Assembly (NCBI GenBank): GCA_964016885.1
Contig: OZ024746.1
Location: 60,326,001-60,390,000 of the forward strand
From: Eledone cirrhosa
Taxonomy: Eukaryota
Length of the DNA stretch: 64,000 nucleotides
Direction of reading: 5' to 3'
Of the stretch, positions 41,971-53,881 are shown piece after piece. The stretch's first letter is position 1; every line of letters starts with the position of its first letter. A model generated the notes under the pieces. The model was not told the DNA's origin. It was given only the letters and a program-made list of their open reading frames with translations, and did no database searches. A program made the position numbers and the translations under genes.

Positions 41971-41976
41971 TTTATT
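41971..41976 (-). terminator. Candidate AATAAA polyadenylation signal of IFT22
   Basis: TTTATT on the plus strand about 150 nt beyond the IFT22 stop. Position-based only. Confidence 0.45.
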
Positions 41977-42127
41977 CTGTTATAACTTCCAACTCTCTCT
42001 TTCTCTCCCACCCCAGAATCTGTTGTCAGACTTTCCCAGGTCCTTGATTAATGTGTGAAAGGTATAAATATGAAACAACCAGTAACTGAGTGCAAGTCCT
42101 CCTGTTTTCTCATCATCATCATTATCA

Positions 42128-42282
42128 TCACCGTTGGTTCATAATACTGAGTTCCTCCTGGTCTCGTTTATCAGTCATGGCTACCAACACTGATGTGAGG
42201 AATTTTTCTACCTGCTCTCTAAGATCATCGGAATTTGTCTCCAGATTCGCTTCAATGCACTGAATGTTCTGGAACGATGGAG
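42128..42282 (-). CDS. IFT22: IFT22 exon 6 (terminal)
   Basis: cccttacag acceptor, encodes PSFQNIQCIEANLETNSDDLREQVEKFLTSVLVAMTDKRDQEELSIMNQR-TGA. Matches the IFT22 C-terminus MSESRDREEMSIM. The six exons total 567 nt = 188 aa + stop. Confidence 0.94.
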
Positions 42283-43706
42283 CTGTAAGGGAGACAACCA
42301 GTAAAAATCAATCTTTGTTGAGGAAAAAACTATTGTTTTATGATATAGTGCATCATCTGCTCTTCTCTATCCCTTGTTACACACATACATGTATATACAC
42401 ACACACATACATACATCCATGCACATACAAAGGAGAGTCTTATGACGTCATTCGACCAGCTAGAAATAGTAGTCACATCTGTTATGATAAATGCTATTTT
42501 ATATCTGGTTACACACACACATATATGTACACATATTCACAGAGACAATCAATGGCAAGCTTTTATATAGTTGTTCAGCCTACTAAAAATAACAACCAAA
42601 TCTCTTATGACAAGTGCTTACTATTCAATTGTAAGTCTTTATGTGTTCATTTGACCTGCTAGATATAGCAGCTAAATCTGCTGCAACATAGTACCATATG
42701 CTATCTTGTACACTTATTATACACATACACACACAATTACAAGCCTTTATATGGTCATTTGACCTACTAGAAATAGCAGCCAAGTCTGTTATGAGAAATA
42801 GTATTCTGAACTTCCTGGTTTGGCACATATACATTCAACCTGCTAGAAATAGCAATCATATTTTTCTCCTATTTAAAAAAAAAAGGACAAATACAAAAAG
42901 ACGAGATAGTCCTGGCTGGAATGCCTTGGGTTATAGGTCTACAACAAAAACAAATACCAAACAACCTATAATACATATATATATGTATATATATATATAT
43001 ACATACAATAGATGTAAAAATCTATTAAATGATTTACTCACGAAGGTCATAGGACAAATTATCACATGGATATTGTAGGATAACTATAATACACCTCTTG
43101 GGATTTATTTTGCATGATCTGACAAAATAACTATATCTGTGAGAAGAGAAGAAACACAGGCATAGATGACAGCAGCATGCAAGGAGAAGCAAAGCAGGAA
43201 GAGGGGGTGATGATGATGATGATTTAGTGGTTATGTCAAAGAAAATTTAGTTTGGAGAGGTGGCAGTGGTTGGTGATGGTTTTGATGAAGTGTAGAGCAG
43301 TGACAGTATAAACTAATTGTTTCTACTTTTGACACAATGCCAGCAGTTATCCCAGTACAATACTGGTGTATTATTTTAAATCAACCCCAGTGCGTGACTG
43401 GTACTTTATTGTATCAACCCCGTAAGGATGAAAGGCAAAATTAACCATGGTGGGATTTGAACTCAGATCATAAAGGGCCATAACTCTATGCTGCAAAGCA
43501 TGGCGTCCGACCCTCTACCGATACTGCCAATCCACCGCCCCTAGTGTAAACTAATAATACCAAGCATATGGTATTATTGACCCTGTAAGGATGAAAGGCA
43601 AAGTTAACCTTGGCGGGATTTGAACTCAGAACGTAAAGGGTCATAACTCCATGCTGCAAAGCATGGTGTCTGACACTCTACCAATACTGCCAATCCACAA
43701 TATGAT

Positions 43707-44043
43707 GGAGGCACATGGCTTAGTGGTTAGAGCATTGGCCTTGCAATCGAAAGGTTGTGAGTTCAATTCTCAGACCGGGTGATGTGTTGTTTCCTTGAGC
43801 AAGACACTTTATTTCACATTGCTCCAGTTTACTCAGCTGTAGAAATGAGATGATAGGACTGGGGTTCATATCATTCCACTGCAAAGTGGTCGTGGAGGTG
43901 CCACGGCAAAAAAGCACCCAGCACTCACTGTAAATGAGGTTGGTGTTAGGAAGGGCATCCAGCTGTAGAAATCAAGCCAGAATCAGTCCCCGTCCCACCC
44001 TTGCAAGCAGGGAAAAGTGGACGTAAAATGATGATGATGATGA
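43707..44043 (+). mobile_element. Full-length tRNA/CORE-type SINE with RTE-derived 3' tail
   Basis: tRNA head, CORE-like tccttgagcaagacacttt...ctcagctgtagaaatgag, tail matching the RTE 3'UTR at 21214-21352, (GAT)n end. Confidence 0.88.
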
Positions 44044-45010
44044 TCTAAGCAATCAGTGGATTGTTGTGTGCAGTGCCAGACATAATGAAGCAAACTGATT
44101 GAGGGCTGTGTTAAATATGACTAAGCAATGTGTGATGGTAGAGATAAACTTCATCCAGCAGAGTGAGAGTGTGAGTGCAGTATAACACATGATCAAGTAC
44201 AGTTGGAGTAACAAGAAGTGAGATTTGAGTGCAAAAAGCCAGAATGCAAAGCATTTAAGTCAACAACTCACCAGATGTATGTATAAACATATAGATAGAA
44301 ATAACTAATTTCATGTCCTGTTTTTCATATATATACTCTACAGCCCATGCTGACAATAAGTAGATGCTAGTGTACACACCTACAATTGATACTATAACTC
44401 ATTCAGGTCACAAAACCACATGGAGTGCTAAACACTGTAGTGGCAGCATTTACTGCATTGTAACTGAAAAGTGTGTGTATATATATATATATATATATAA
44501 TCATTATCATCATTTTACATCAATTCTTCCACACTAGCATGGGTTTGACGGGTTGTCTTGTGGTCAATGCCAGGTCGGGTGACCTTGTCTTGCTCATACA
44601 GGAACTGATTTTGGCTTGGTTTCTATAGCTGGATGCCATTCCTAACACCAACCTCATTTACAGTGAGTACTGGGTGCTTTTTTACTGTGGTGCCTACATA
44701 TATATAGAGATCATCATCACCATTGTTTAACGTCCATCTTCCACGCTAGCATGGGTTGGACGGTTTTGTCCCACTTGAGGCGAGATTGGTCGGGAGACCG
44801 TGTCTCACTTGTACAGAACTGTTTCTGGCAGGTTTTCTATAGCTGGATGCCCTTCCTAAAACTAACCACATTTACATATATATGTGTGTTTGTGTGTGTA
44901 GAGGGTGAATATTTACAGCAGAAAGCCAGGCACAAAATAGCAGTGGTAGTGATTGTGCGAGGTGTGTGTATACCTCCACATTTATGCAGCTACAAGGTGG
45001 CTGTACTCAC

Positions 45011-45114
45011 GGAGTTCACTGCGAATAGGGGCATTGTAGGCCTCAGCTCTAACATTGCTCACACAGAAGCAGTGGTTGATGGTAAGACCTGTCTGACGTA
45101 GGAAGTAAGTAAGT
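45011..45114 (-). CDS. IFT22: IFT22 exon 5
   Basis: ttctag acceptor, 104 nt encoding LTYFLRQTGLTINHCFCVSNVRAEAYNAPIRSEL(P), GTGAGT donor. Phase 2 in and phase 1 out fit exons 4 and 6. Confidence 0.88.
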
Positions 45115-45325
45115 CTAGAACATAGAAAAAATATACAAAATGGTAAGTTAGTTGGATTTGGAATGCAACATGAATCTAAAGATCCAGCAATGCAACATTA
45201 TTTTATTATTTTTACTACTAAAATATATATCATCATCATCATCGTTTAACGTCTTTCTTCCACGCTAGCATGGGTTATATATAGATATATATATATATTA
45301 GTATTTGTGCTCTGAAATTGCAATG

Positions 45326-45581
45326 TATATATGAATGTATGTATAATATATTTGATAATATACTGTATGTTTAATTAAAATTATTTTGAAGACCATTCGC
45401 TATGAATTTTAAAGTAGTAACTATGTCACTTACTTACCCCCCCCCCCTACTCGCCTTGTTTTTGCCGAGAATAAGTAGTGACATAGCCACTACTTTAAAA
45501 TTCATAGTGAATGGTCTTCAAAATGTTTTTAATTAAACATACAGTATATTACAAAATATACTATACATACATTCATATATA
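45326..45581. mobile_element. Palindromic MITE-like element in IFT22 intron 4
   Basis: ~105-bp inverted arms (45326-45430 / 45477-45581), roughly 90% complementary, ~46-bp spacer. Confidence 0.75.
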
Positions 45582-45639
45582 TATATATATATATATATTT
45601 ATACAACACAGGTCCAGCAGTCAGAGTCGACCAACAAGA

Positions 45640-46200
45640 CCTGAAGTGGATCATTTCACATATCTGGGCAGCATCCTGGCAAACAATGGCAACACAGAGC
45701 TCGACATCAACCGTCGGATTGGCAAAGGAGCCGCAGTTTTCCAGTGGATGCACCTAGTCTGGTCATCTTCATGCATCAGCACCAAGATCAAGCTGCACCT
45801 GTACAAAAGCATCATGCTGCCGACAATGCTTTACGTGAGTGAAACCTGGAAGAGCATGGCACAGATGGAGAGACGGCTGAATGCATTCCAGCAGCAGTGC
45901 CTGCAAAGGATCCTTTGTGTGTCCTGGCACGACCAGGTTCAAAACAAAGAAATCTTGTGGAGAGCAGAGTTGTGGTCGCTCTAGAGTGTGGTCACAGAGC
46001 ACTGGTACCACCTGGCTGGCCATATTCTGCACCTGCCCAACAAACGACACTCAAAAACAGCGATGAACTGGACTCCACCTGGCGGCAAACGGAAGAGGGG
46101 TTGCCCCAGGATAACCTGGCGACGAACATTCCAAAAAGACCTGCTGGCAGTCAACATCACTTCGCACGGACACAAAAAAGCCGCCGTTCATTGTGATCGA
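45640..46200 (+). mobile_element. RTE-like LINE 3' fragment in an IFT22 intron
   Basis: EVDHFTYLGS...DINRRIGK...LYVSETW...CLQRIL...GHILH...GKRKRGCPRITW. Confidence 0.8.
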
Positions 46201-46490
46201 TGCATCAAAAGGCATGCAATAACTTAAGACTAAGATGTGTGCATATAAAAACAACCTTCTGCACAATTTCCAGGTCTGGATAACTAAAAGGGATACAAAT
46301 TAACATCACGTTAACCCACAAACAAGATGTCAACACATTAACTCCATCATAATCCACTGCAGCTTGGAGAATATCAAGAAAAAATGATGTATGGAAGAGA
46401 GAAAAACTGTGAAATGCATGAGAATGTAAGAAGGAAGAAGGTAGACAAGTGTGAGATATTTAAGATGGGAGAAGGTGACAAAAGACTTAC

Positions 46491-46589
46491 AGCTCCTCAA
46501 GTTCTTTGTTGTGGTTGCCACGGTCTGGGTTATAGACAAAGATAATACCATTGGCATCTTTGCTAAATGATGGCCAGCAAGATTCATAT
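46491..46589 (-). CDS. IFT22: IFT22 exon 4
   Basis: tctcag acceptor, 99 nt encoding YESCWPSFSKDANGIIFVYNPDRGNHNKELEE(L), GTAAGT donor. Matches IFT22 FESCWPALMKDAHGVVIVFN. Confidence 0.95.
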
Positions 46590-47043
46590 CTGAGATACAA
46601 CAAAGAAGAACAATGTAAATTATGTAAATTGTACAATGAAAGATTTTTACAAATTTTCCATAACACATCTCCATGGGTTATAGAGCACCACAGCTACTAT
46701 TACATAGAGTAGTAAGCCTTGATAAAAATCCTGCTTGTCTCATATTAAGCAGTAGCTCATATGGTGACAATCAATTTAATTAACCTTGGTGTCATGAACA
46801 CCAGTGGCTTCGCAGATGAGCGACTATCATTTCGACAATGGGTTGGCATAACTGCTCCAGTTAGCAGATAAATCTATGAGGTATGGCAAACGGCATATAT
46901 TCTAACTATTAGAAAAAGCAAAATTAATGCTTCACCTTCGAAAGAGGGATGACTCATGAAGAAAACATAGCTACGATCAGCAGAGTACTACTACAACATA
47001 CCTACATACAAAGGATCACAACAATAATACTACTACTACATAC

Positions 47044-47130
47044 CTATGATCACCACTGCAATCCCACAATTCAATATCAGCAACAGTATTGCGACCATCC
47101 AGTATCATTGGCTGTTCAAACTCCATGATT
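47044..47130 (-). CDS. IFT22: IFT22 exon 3 (G3 WDCSGD)
   Basis: cag acceptor, 87 nt encoding (R)IMEFEQPMILDGRNTVADIELWDCSGDH(R), GTATGT donor. Phases match the neighbouring exons. Confidence 0.95.
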
Positions 47131-48224
47131 CTGATCCAGGAAAATAAAGAACAACAAATACATATTATTTTTCAGAATAATAATCCCATATTTATGACAG
47201 TTGTAGGGACACTGTCTTGATATAGGGTGTTTCTTGGGCATTTAAACCTGTTGGAAACAGCTCCTCTCCAGATCTGAGAACACCAGCTTTCTTCCAGAGA
47301 AGGAGATATAAAGGAAAAATCAACTCCAGTACTGGACTGGTAGTTCGTTTATTAGTCTTGAAAGGATAAAAGACTAAGTTGACCGTGGCAGGATTTGAAT
47401 TCAGTATGTAAAGATATAAAACAAAACCCCTTAACTTAAGGAAATGACTGTGTTTGATGTGAAGAAAATTCAACAGGCATACTTATTGTAAACCATGGAC
47501 ACACAAGGGATGTAGTGGGATGACAGGCAGGTTAACAGAAAAGGTAAACTTCATTTTCAGTAAGATTGTGTGAAATATTCTTTCAAATGCTCCTTAGCAT
47601 TAGCTGATAATTTTTGTTACCTTGGTGAGATAATAAGCAAGGGAAGTTAATGTTCCCAAAGTATAATAGAGTAAGAAAAGGGTAAGAAATCACACACTAC
47701 AATCTTTTTAAAAGGACATGGCTAATGTAGTCTTTGATATGTTGCTTCTACAAAAAGACAGAGAAAGTCAAAGCCGGAGTGCCTTTCATCATGTCTGGTT
47801 GATCAAAACTGACCTAAAGACAGTGATAGGTATACATTTTAGGGGGCCTGAAGCTTGGATTTTTGCTTAGTCAGCGAGAGTAGGGCAGTGCAGATGACTC
47901 TTTTTAGGGCCTCTGAGACTAGTGAAAGGGAGAGAGGAAAGCATCCTTAAAATGAAGACCTTGCCCAAATGCTTTCAACAGACAGAAATCCAATATAGGC
48001 TCCCAAGGGCCAGGTAGTGGTGTTAAACTGGGCAATGAATTAATTCTACCACATAATTCTGTTGTAACCAGTGTCAATAGGGCAACTTCTGCTTCTGGGG
48101 CCCCTCTGAGATCCCTGAGGATTAAACTTCATTAGTTTCATAGTACATCCTCCAGCCCCTGGGGTCAAACAACAACGATGATGAAAATAGAGAAGAAATG
48201 GATTGATTTCAATGTGTCACCTAC

Positions 48225-48301
48225 CTGACTCCTACAGTGGGGGAAATGTCAGTTATCTCAGAGGACTTACATAGGCAATTGGCTAGGAGAGTCTTTCCAC
48301 T
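48225..48301 (-). CDS. IFT22: IFT22 exon 2 (P-loop SGKT)
   Basis: ttttcag acceptor, 77 nt encoding SGKTLLANCLCKSSEITDISPTVGV(R), GTAGGT donor. Homologous to IFT22 SGKTVLANFL...SPTQGVR. Confidence 0.95.
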
Positions 48302-49198
48302 CTGAAAATATAGAGACAACATTAACCCTTTTAAGACAAAATTTCACACTGTAGATTATTTCATTATTAATATTTGTACCAACAAAAGGTTTAGCAATAG
48401 AGTTGAATTATTTAATTTTTGAAGTCCAGGATTGATATGCCATATATAACCAGGATTATCAGATCTATGAACGATCATTCAAACTGGGGGAAATTGTTTT
48501 GATAAATTTATTGTTTACATCACAGAAACTCTATAGTTCATGTTGATTATTGACAAATGGAACTGATCAAAAATAAGAATTAATAATTTATTTCTAGGAT
48601 ATAATTACAGAAATTCAGTTGTTAGTTGCCGAGACACTGCATCCTTTAAAACCCTCATGCTTCCCGAAATTCGCCAAAACTACACCTGATGTACCCCTTC
48701 CATACACATGCACACATCATGACTCGTGCACTGTTCATTTTCCTGACGGTTGTACATTACCCTATGTACTATACATACACTTTTGATGAGTTGTAGTGCA
48801 CCTGAGCACTGTACACAATATTTTCATTATTATTATTATTATTAAATGTTCAGCATTTATGTACAAATGGAAAAATATATAAACAACAAAACGGAACTTT
48901 CAAGGGTGGAACGCTTTAATGATAGATTTGATTGTAAAATTCCGTATATTTAAAAAAATTAGTTGTTTTGCTTATCTTACAGAGCTATAAGAAACAATCG
49001 AGTCATGACCATAATCTCTTTCATTCAGACGTAGTCTATCTAGAACTAAATTGCTCATGTGTTCTTCCTTATTGAAGATAGTGTAATTTGAGGTGGTTTA
49101 GCTGCTCCTTCTAACGGTTTGAATGACCACATAGCAGCTCGGTGATAATTGAAATTTTTTATTGTCATAATCACAGTATTTTAAACGAATACACTTAC

Positions 49199-49243
49199 TT
49201 TCACCGGACCCAGAAGCAAAATTTTTGCTTTAAACATCGACAT
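49199..49243 (-). CDS. IFT22: IFT22 (RABL5) exon 1
   Basis: Minus strand ATG TCG ATG TTT AAA... = MSMFKAKILLLGPVK followed by donor GTAAGT (phase 0). Matches the IFT22 N-terminus MLKAKILFVGPCE. The second ATG at 49237 is an alternative start. Confidence 0.93.
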
Positions 49244-49264
49244 TGTTATTGGTGTGGTTGATGT

Positions 49265-49277
49265 GTTACCAGGTAAC
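49265..49277. promoter_or_regulatory. RFX X-box upstream of IFT22
   Basis: GTTACC-A-GGTAAC fits the X-box consensus GTNRCC(N0-3)RGYAAC, about 20 nt upstream of the IFT22 ATG. X-boxes are typical of ciliary/IFT gene promoters. Confidence 0.7.
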
Positions 49278-50263
49278 CACACATCTAGTGCACTCTCTAA
49301 GCAAATCTTTACACTAACTGTAAAGATGGTCAATGAAGTGATGGATTAAATATACCAACATATAGATATGACATTTTTCACGATCATTTTCCCATAAAGT
49401 TTTTTTTATGTATTATCAAAAATAATATGCTTCTTATTATTGAACCATGTTTAATAAAAAGCGAAGGTCTAACTGTGTAAAATTCTTCTTTTTTTTTTGT
49501 CAGTAGAGAAACCATGAGGGGACGGAATAAATTTTAGAAGGGAATGAAACACCGTTACACGTGAACTTACACATTGTTTTAATAGAACGATGGCGGGATT
49601 TCTGATATAAATATTGACATTTTGGTTTGTAAGTAGTTCTGTGAGGGTCGGCACAGCAATTTATTCACTTCTCTCTTCAAATATACTCACTTTCTTTCTA
49701 TTCCTGTACTTCGAAGTCGTTATTGTCTTTTTTTCTATAGCAAACTCCAACCAAAACAGGATGCAAGTACACAAACGAACCACTGAAAAATGTTTAAATT
49801 AGTTTCACATCCAAATTAATAAAAGAAATGTATTTTTCTCAACATAATGAAGGCTACTGTATTTTTTTTTAAATTTATGTTTATAATTACTTTAAAATTT
49901 CAATTTACAATCAAGTTTGACCGTTATGAAAATTACGTTTTTTAGTGAAACATGATAGTGTACTTCGTTCCTTGCATAGTTTTTGATTCGTTGTGGAAGG
50001 CAAAAGATTTATCTTTCATTTTACTTGTTGATTATCTTAACCAATTAAAACATTTCCTGTAATCGATTGTTTTCGCACAATCGGAAAGCTAAGTAATCAT
50101 AGTTTCTTTCGAATTGTTCAATTTTCACAAAATGATATTTTCAAGGAATGCCAGAAATGGTCACTTTACGTTTCTCAGTAGACAAGGGATAAATATATTG
50201 TTTTGTTACATAGGCTTCTAACTTTTAAAGCCAGAACGATTATACAAGAAGTCCCATCCTCAT

Positions 50264-50320
<57 letters not shown>

Positions 50321-51329
50321 GTGTGCGTGTGCGCTGTAAATAAATGGAAAACAACACAGCCTATTGTGCCTTATAATTTGCTATGTAGTCGGTAAACCCT
50401 GAAGGGACGCAGTACACATCGCTATAGCGTTTCACCAGCCCCTTCTTTCAGCTGTCTGTATTTACGTGTAGATGTCTGTGTATGTAACTAAAGCATAACA
50501 TACGTTAGGAATGGACGAGTAAATGATTTTAACTTGTTTTTTAACAATTGATGCAGAAAAGATTTCAAATTGTCTTAACTACGGCCGCAACTCACGGTGC
50601 CTGACCCTCTCTCCGGCTACATAGCCTCTTCCAATATATATATTAGTTTAACGCTTGATCTAGTAGAAAAATAGTCTTAACGTTTTGGATCCTAGTCCTT
50701 CATCAGAAGATAGAATGAGAAATAAAAGAAGAAATAGAAAGATAGAGTGGAAGACACGAAAAAAAAAAATTGTGTGTGTGTGTTATATTTTGAATGACAC
50801 AGCAGAATAAATATCTGAATCATCCACCAGCCCTTTGTATTGTTAGAAATCTATTCCTGTTGGTTATGAAGACTATTCGATAACAAGCAAGGAAAACGGC
50901 GTGCAAATTAGAATCTTTTTTCTTGAAATTACATTACTACCTGATAAAATAATATACACTATAAATCCAACATTAATAAAAAAAAAAATAAAAATAAAAA
51001 TTTTTTTTTAAATAATAAAATGTGGGCTGTGCATTTATTTTGGTGTAATAAATACTTTGTGAAAACATAATTCTCTTGTATTCATAGGACGTAATAATTC
51101 GTGCCTTGAAGAGAAATGGCACAAAATCTTGTTAGTGGAAAAATTTTGAAAAAAAAAAAAACGTACACGAATCTGACTGAGATAGACTCGGGGCGGATTT
51201 AGAAAATCCTTCAACATATTAATATTTTCATTTAGTTTTATAACCTACTGTCACGTGACTGAAAAGTTCAGGAACATTTAAAATTGATTAGAAAGTTAAA
51301 CCTAAATTTTTGATGTGTTATTTGACAGG

Positions 51330-51990
51330 TTGCTGCGCAATATCAAATTGCTCTAGGTTGGGCAGCTTTCAACAAGAACAAGGGAGTACTAACATCAAAA
51401 CGAGTTTCCTATCATTTGAAGGCTAAGATCTTTGATACTTACATCCTACCAGTTGTGTTATATGGTCTTGACTGTGTTAATTGGACGACAAAGTCACTTC
51501 TGAAGCTCTCTACATTCCAGAACCACATCATGAGACTTATAACTGGCAAGAGGCTCAGTGAGCTGCTCAACATTACCAGACTTAGATCAATTACATCAAT
51601 TGTCAAGTCAAGAGTACTCAAACTATACGGTCATATAAAAAGATCAACTCGTGGCGTGAGTAGGTTATGGCTGGAAGGAAAGTTGGTTGGTAAGAGAAGC
51701 AGAGGCCGGCAGCCAAAACGATGGCTTGATAATGTCAACCTATGGACTGGACTTGATCTTTGCTCTTTAAATTCTGCTGTTGGTGATCGAACTTTGTGGA
51801 TAAAAATATCACATGTTGATGCGCAGTCTGCAACTGGCGGAGTTTAGCGTCACAGTAGTATCATCTATAATTTTTAGACTGACTATATAGTCTTGCAATC
51901 TCTAGTATTTGTGCCACAATGATCAAACTTTGTGGAGAGAGATATCACATGTTAATGCGCAGTCTGCAACTAGTGGAGTTTAGCGTCACA
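51330..51990 (+). mobile_element. RTE-like LINE 3' fragment with duplicated end
   Basis: IFDTYILPVVLYG...LYGHIKR...GKRSRGRQPKRWLD. The terminal ~65 nt recur at about 51925-51990. Confidence 0.75.
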
Positions 51991-52685
51991 AGAAAAGAAT
52001 TTGACAGGTGACTGTATCCCCCCAAAAAGGGTCGTCATTCAAAGGTAGATATATATTATTTAGAAAGAGGGTGTTCAAACGACAAGGCAAATTCATTTCC
52101 TTAGTGTGTCCGAAGGTCAAGTGAGTCTATTCTACACATGCTTTGATAGTCACTGCTGTAAATAGGTACCACAAGGAGGTCATGGTGTTAATCTTTTATT
52201 TAATTCTATTTACACCTAGAAATGTTATATAAGAATTTTAGTACTTGATAGGTACATTATTTTATTTTTTATTGTACAGTAAAGTTGACCTCAGCAAGAT
52301 TTGAACTTAGAATAATAAAGAGTTGTAACTAAGTGCCACAGTCCATGATAATGTGCTAAAATCCAGCAAATTGTTATTAAGTTTAGTTGTGATAAAGATC
52401 TTTGATATTACTAGAGAACTATCAAATTAGTCCCGTAAGGTTTCTGACATATAGCTAGGATGTTGGAATCTCAATCATTAAATTGTAAGTTCAATTCCTG
52501 GATTGTGTTCTTGAGAAAGATGTTTCATTTCATGATAGGATTAAGGTTCCTATCATTAAAACACCTGAGAAACCTATTACATACATTATAGAAAACCAAC
52601 TAAAGCTGCACTGCACAGTCATGAGTTGTAAATTTAATATTTTTCATTTCATTTTCAAGGTTTCTGGCCCCTTCTGTCAGCAACA

Positions 52686-52775
52686 ATGGAAAGTACAGAG
52701 GTGTATCATATAGGGGGTCATAAGGTTATGTTCCCATTCAAACCTTACCCATCTCAGTTTGATATGATGAATAAG
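52686..52775 (+). CDS. BRIP1: BRIP1/FANCJ helicase coding exon 1
   Basis: MESTEVYHIGGHKVMFPFKPYPSQFDMMNK then GTAAG. Matches FANCJ [24 protein letters not shown] (Q motif). An upstream acceptor (ttttcaag 52659 or tgtcag 52680) suggests a non-coding first exon. Confidence 0.92.
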
Positions 52776-52796
52776 GTAAGGAATCAAGTATATTAA

Positions 52797-53003
52797 CCCT
52801 TTAGCATTTACATTACTCTATATATACTATTATATTTTCACATAAAGGCTTTACCTCATATAATAGTGAATCAATGAGATTATGATATTATTTATTTTGA
52901 GAACAATACCTTAACATCAGTATGAGTGGCCGGTTACAGCCAGTTTGAACAGAAAGAGGTGAGAGGATTCTAGCTGGATATGGTTGGTTTAAATGCTAAA
53001 GGG
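52797..53003. mobile_element. piggyBac-type MITE, same family, 21 nt into a BRIP1 intron
   Basis: Same TIRs, TTAA TSD and internal sequence as 1211-1421. Confidence 0.85.
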
Positions 53004-53349
53004 TTAAATATTTTAATATACTCTTTATTGTATATTTTATTGCACATGTGTTGCTGATTGTTTACTTCCAGGTCAGTCCTGATTGGTTAGAGTGTTGTAT
53101 TAAATGCCTTGTGATATTTGTTCTGGTACTCTGTACTCTGAGTTCATCTTTCTATGCCAATTGCCAGGTCACCGAAAGTTTCAATCACTCCAAAGTCAAC
53201 TTAACTTTTCATGGGGTTGATAAATAAAGTACCAGTCCTGAGCATAATGTGGGCCTGTAATGACACAGGTCCTAAGCTGTATTGATCCTTGTCTTTCCCT
53301 TGAATGACATCAATGGTATGAAGCGAGAAGACATATATATTTATAGTAA

Positions 53350-53700
53350 AGGTGTATGGCTTAGTGGTTAGAGCATTGGGCTTGCAATCGGGAGGTTGTG
53401 AGTTCGATTCTCGTACCTAGTGAGCTAAACACTTTATTTCACAATTCTCGTACCTAGTGAGCTAAACACTTTATTTCACAATGTTCCAGTTTACTCAGCT
53501 GTAGAAATGAGTTGCGCCATCACTGGTGTCAAGCTGTATTGGCCTTTGCCTTTCTCTTGGACAATATCGGTGGCATGGAGAGGGGAGGCTGGTATGCATG
53601 GGCGACTGCTGGTCTTCCACAAACAACTACGTGCCTCGGAGGAGAACTTTCTAGGTATAAATCCCATGGTCATTTGTGACCAATGGGGGTCTTTAGCCCT
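53350..53700 (+). mobile_element. tRNA/CORE-type SINE with a different 3' tail
   Basis: Similar tRNA head and ttccagtttactcagctgtagaaatgag core but an unrelated tail. ~36-nt tandem duplication attctcgtacctagtgagctaaacactttatttcaca. Confidence 0.7.
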
Positions 53701-53809
53701 TATCTATATCTATTTATGAGGAAGTTAGCTTCATTGGATTTTTTAACTGTAGAAAAATACTCTAAATAATAGGGCATATAAGACCCCTTAAAATAAAAAA
53801 AATGAACAT

Positions 53810-53881
53810 TAGCACCTATGGGACTTGAACCCACAACTTCATGCTTGCTGCGCAGAGATGCTACCAATGCATCAAAGCGCC
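53810..53881 (-). pseudogene. tRNA-like sequence (pseudogene or SINE head)
   Basis: GGCGCTT/AGGTGCT acceptor stem with wobbles, ATGC/GCAT D stem, GTGGG-TTCAAGT-CCCAT T arm, downstream T run. The anticodon loop GCAGCAA lacks U33 and its stem is mismatched. Confidence 0.5.

Noticed and set aside
53810-53881. Functional tRNA-Ala(AGC)
   Set aside because: The anticodon stem is mismatched and the loop lacks the conserved pyrimidine-32/U33. Kept only as a pseudogene or SINE head.
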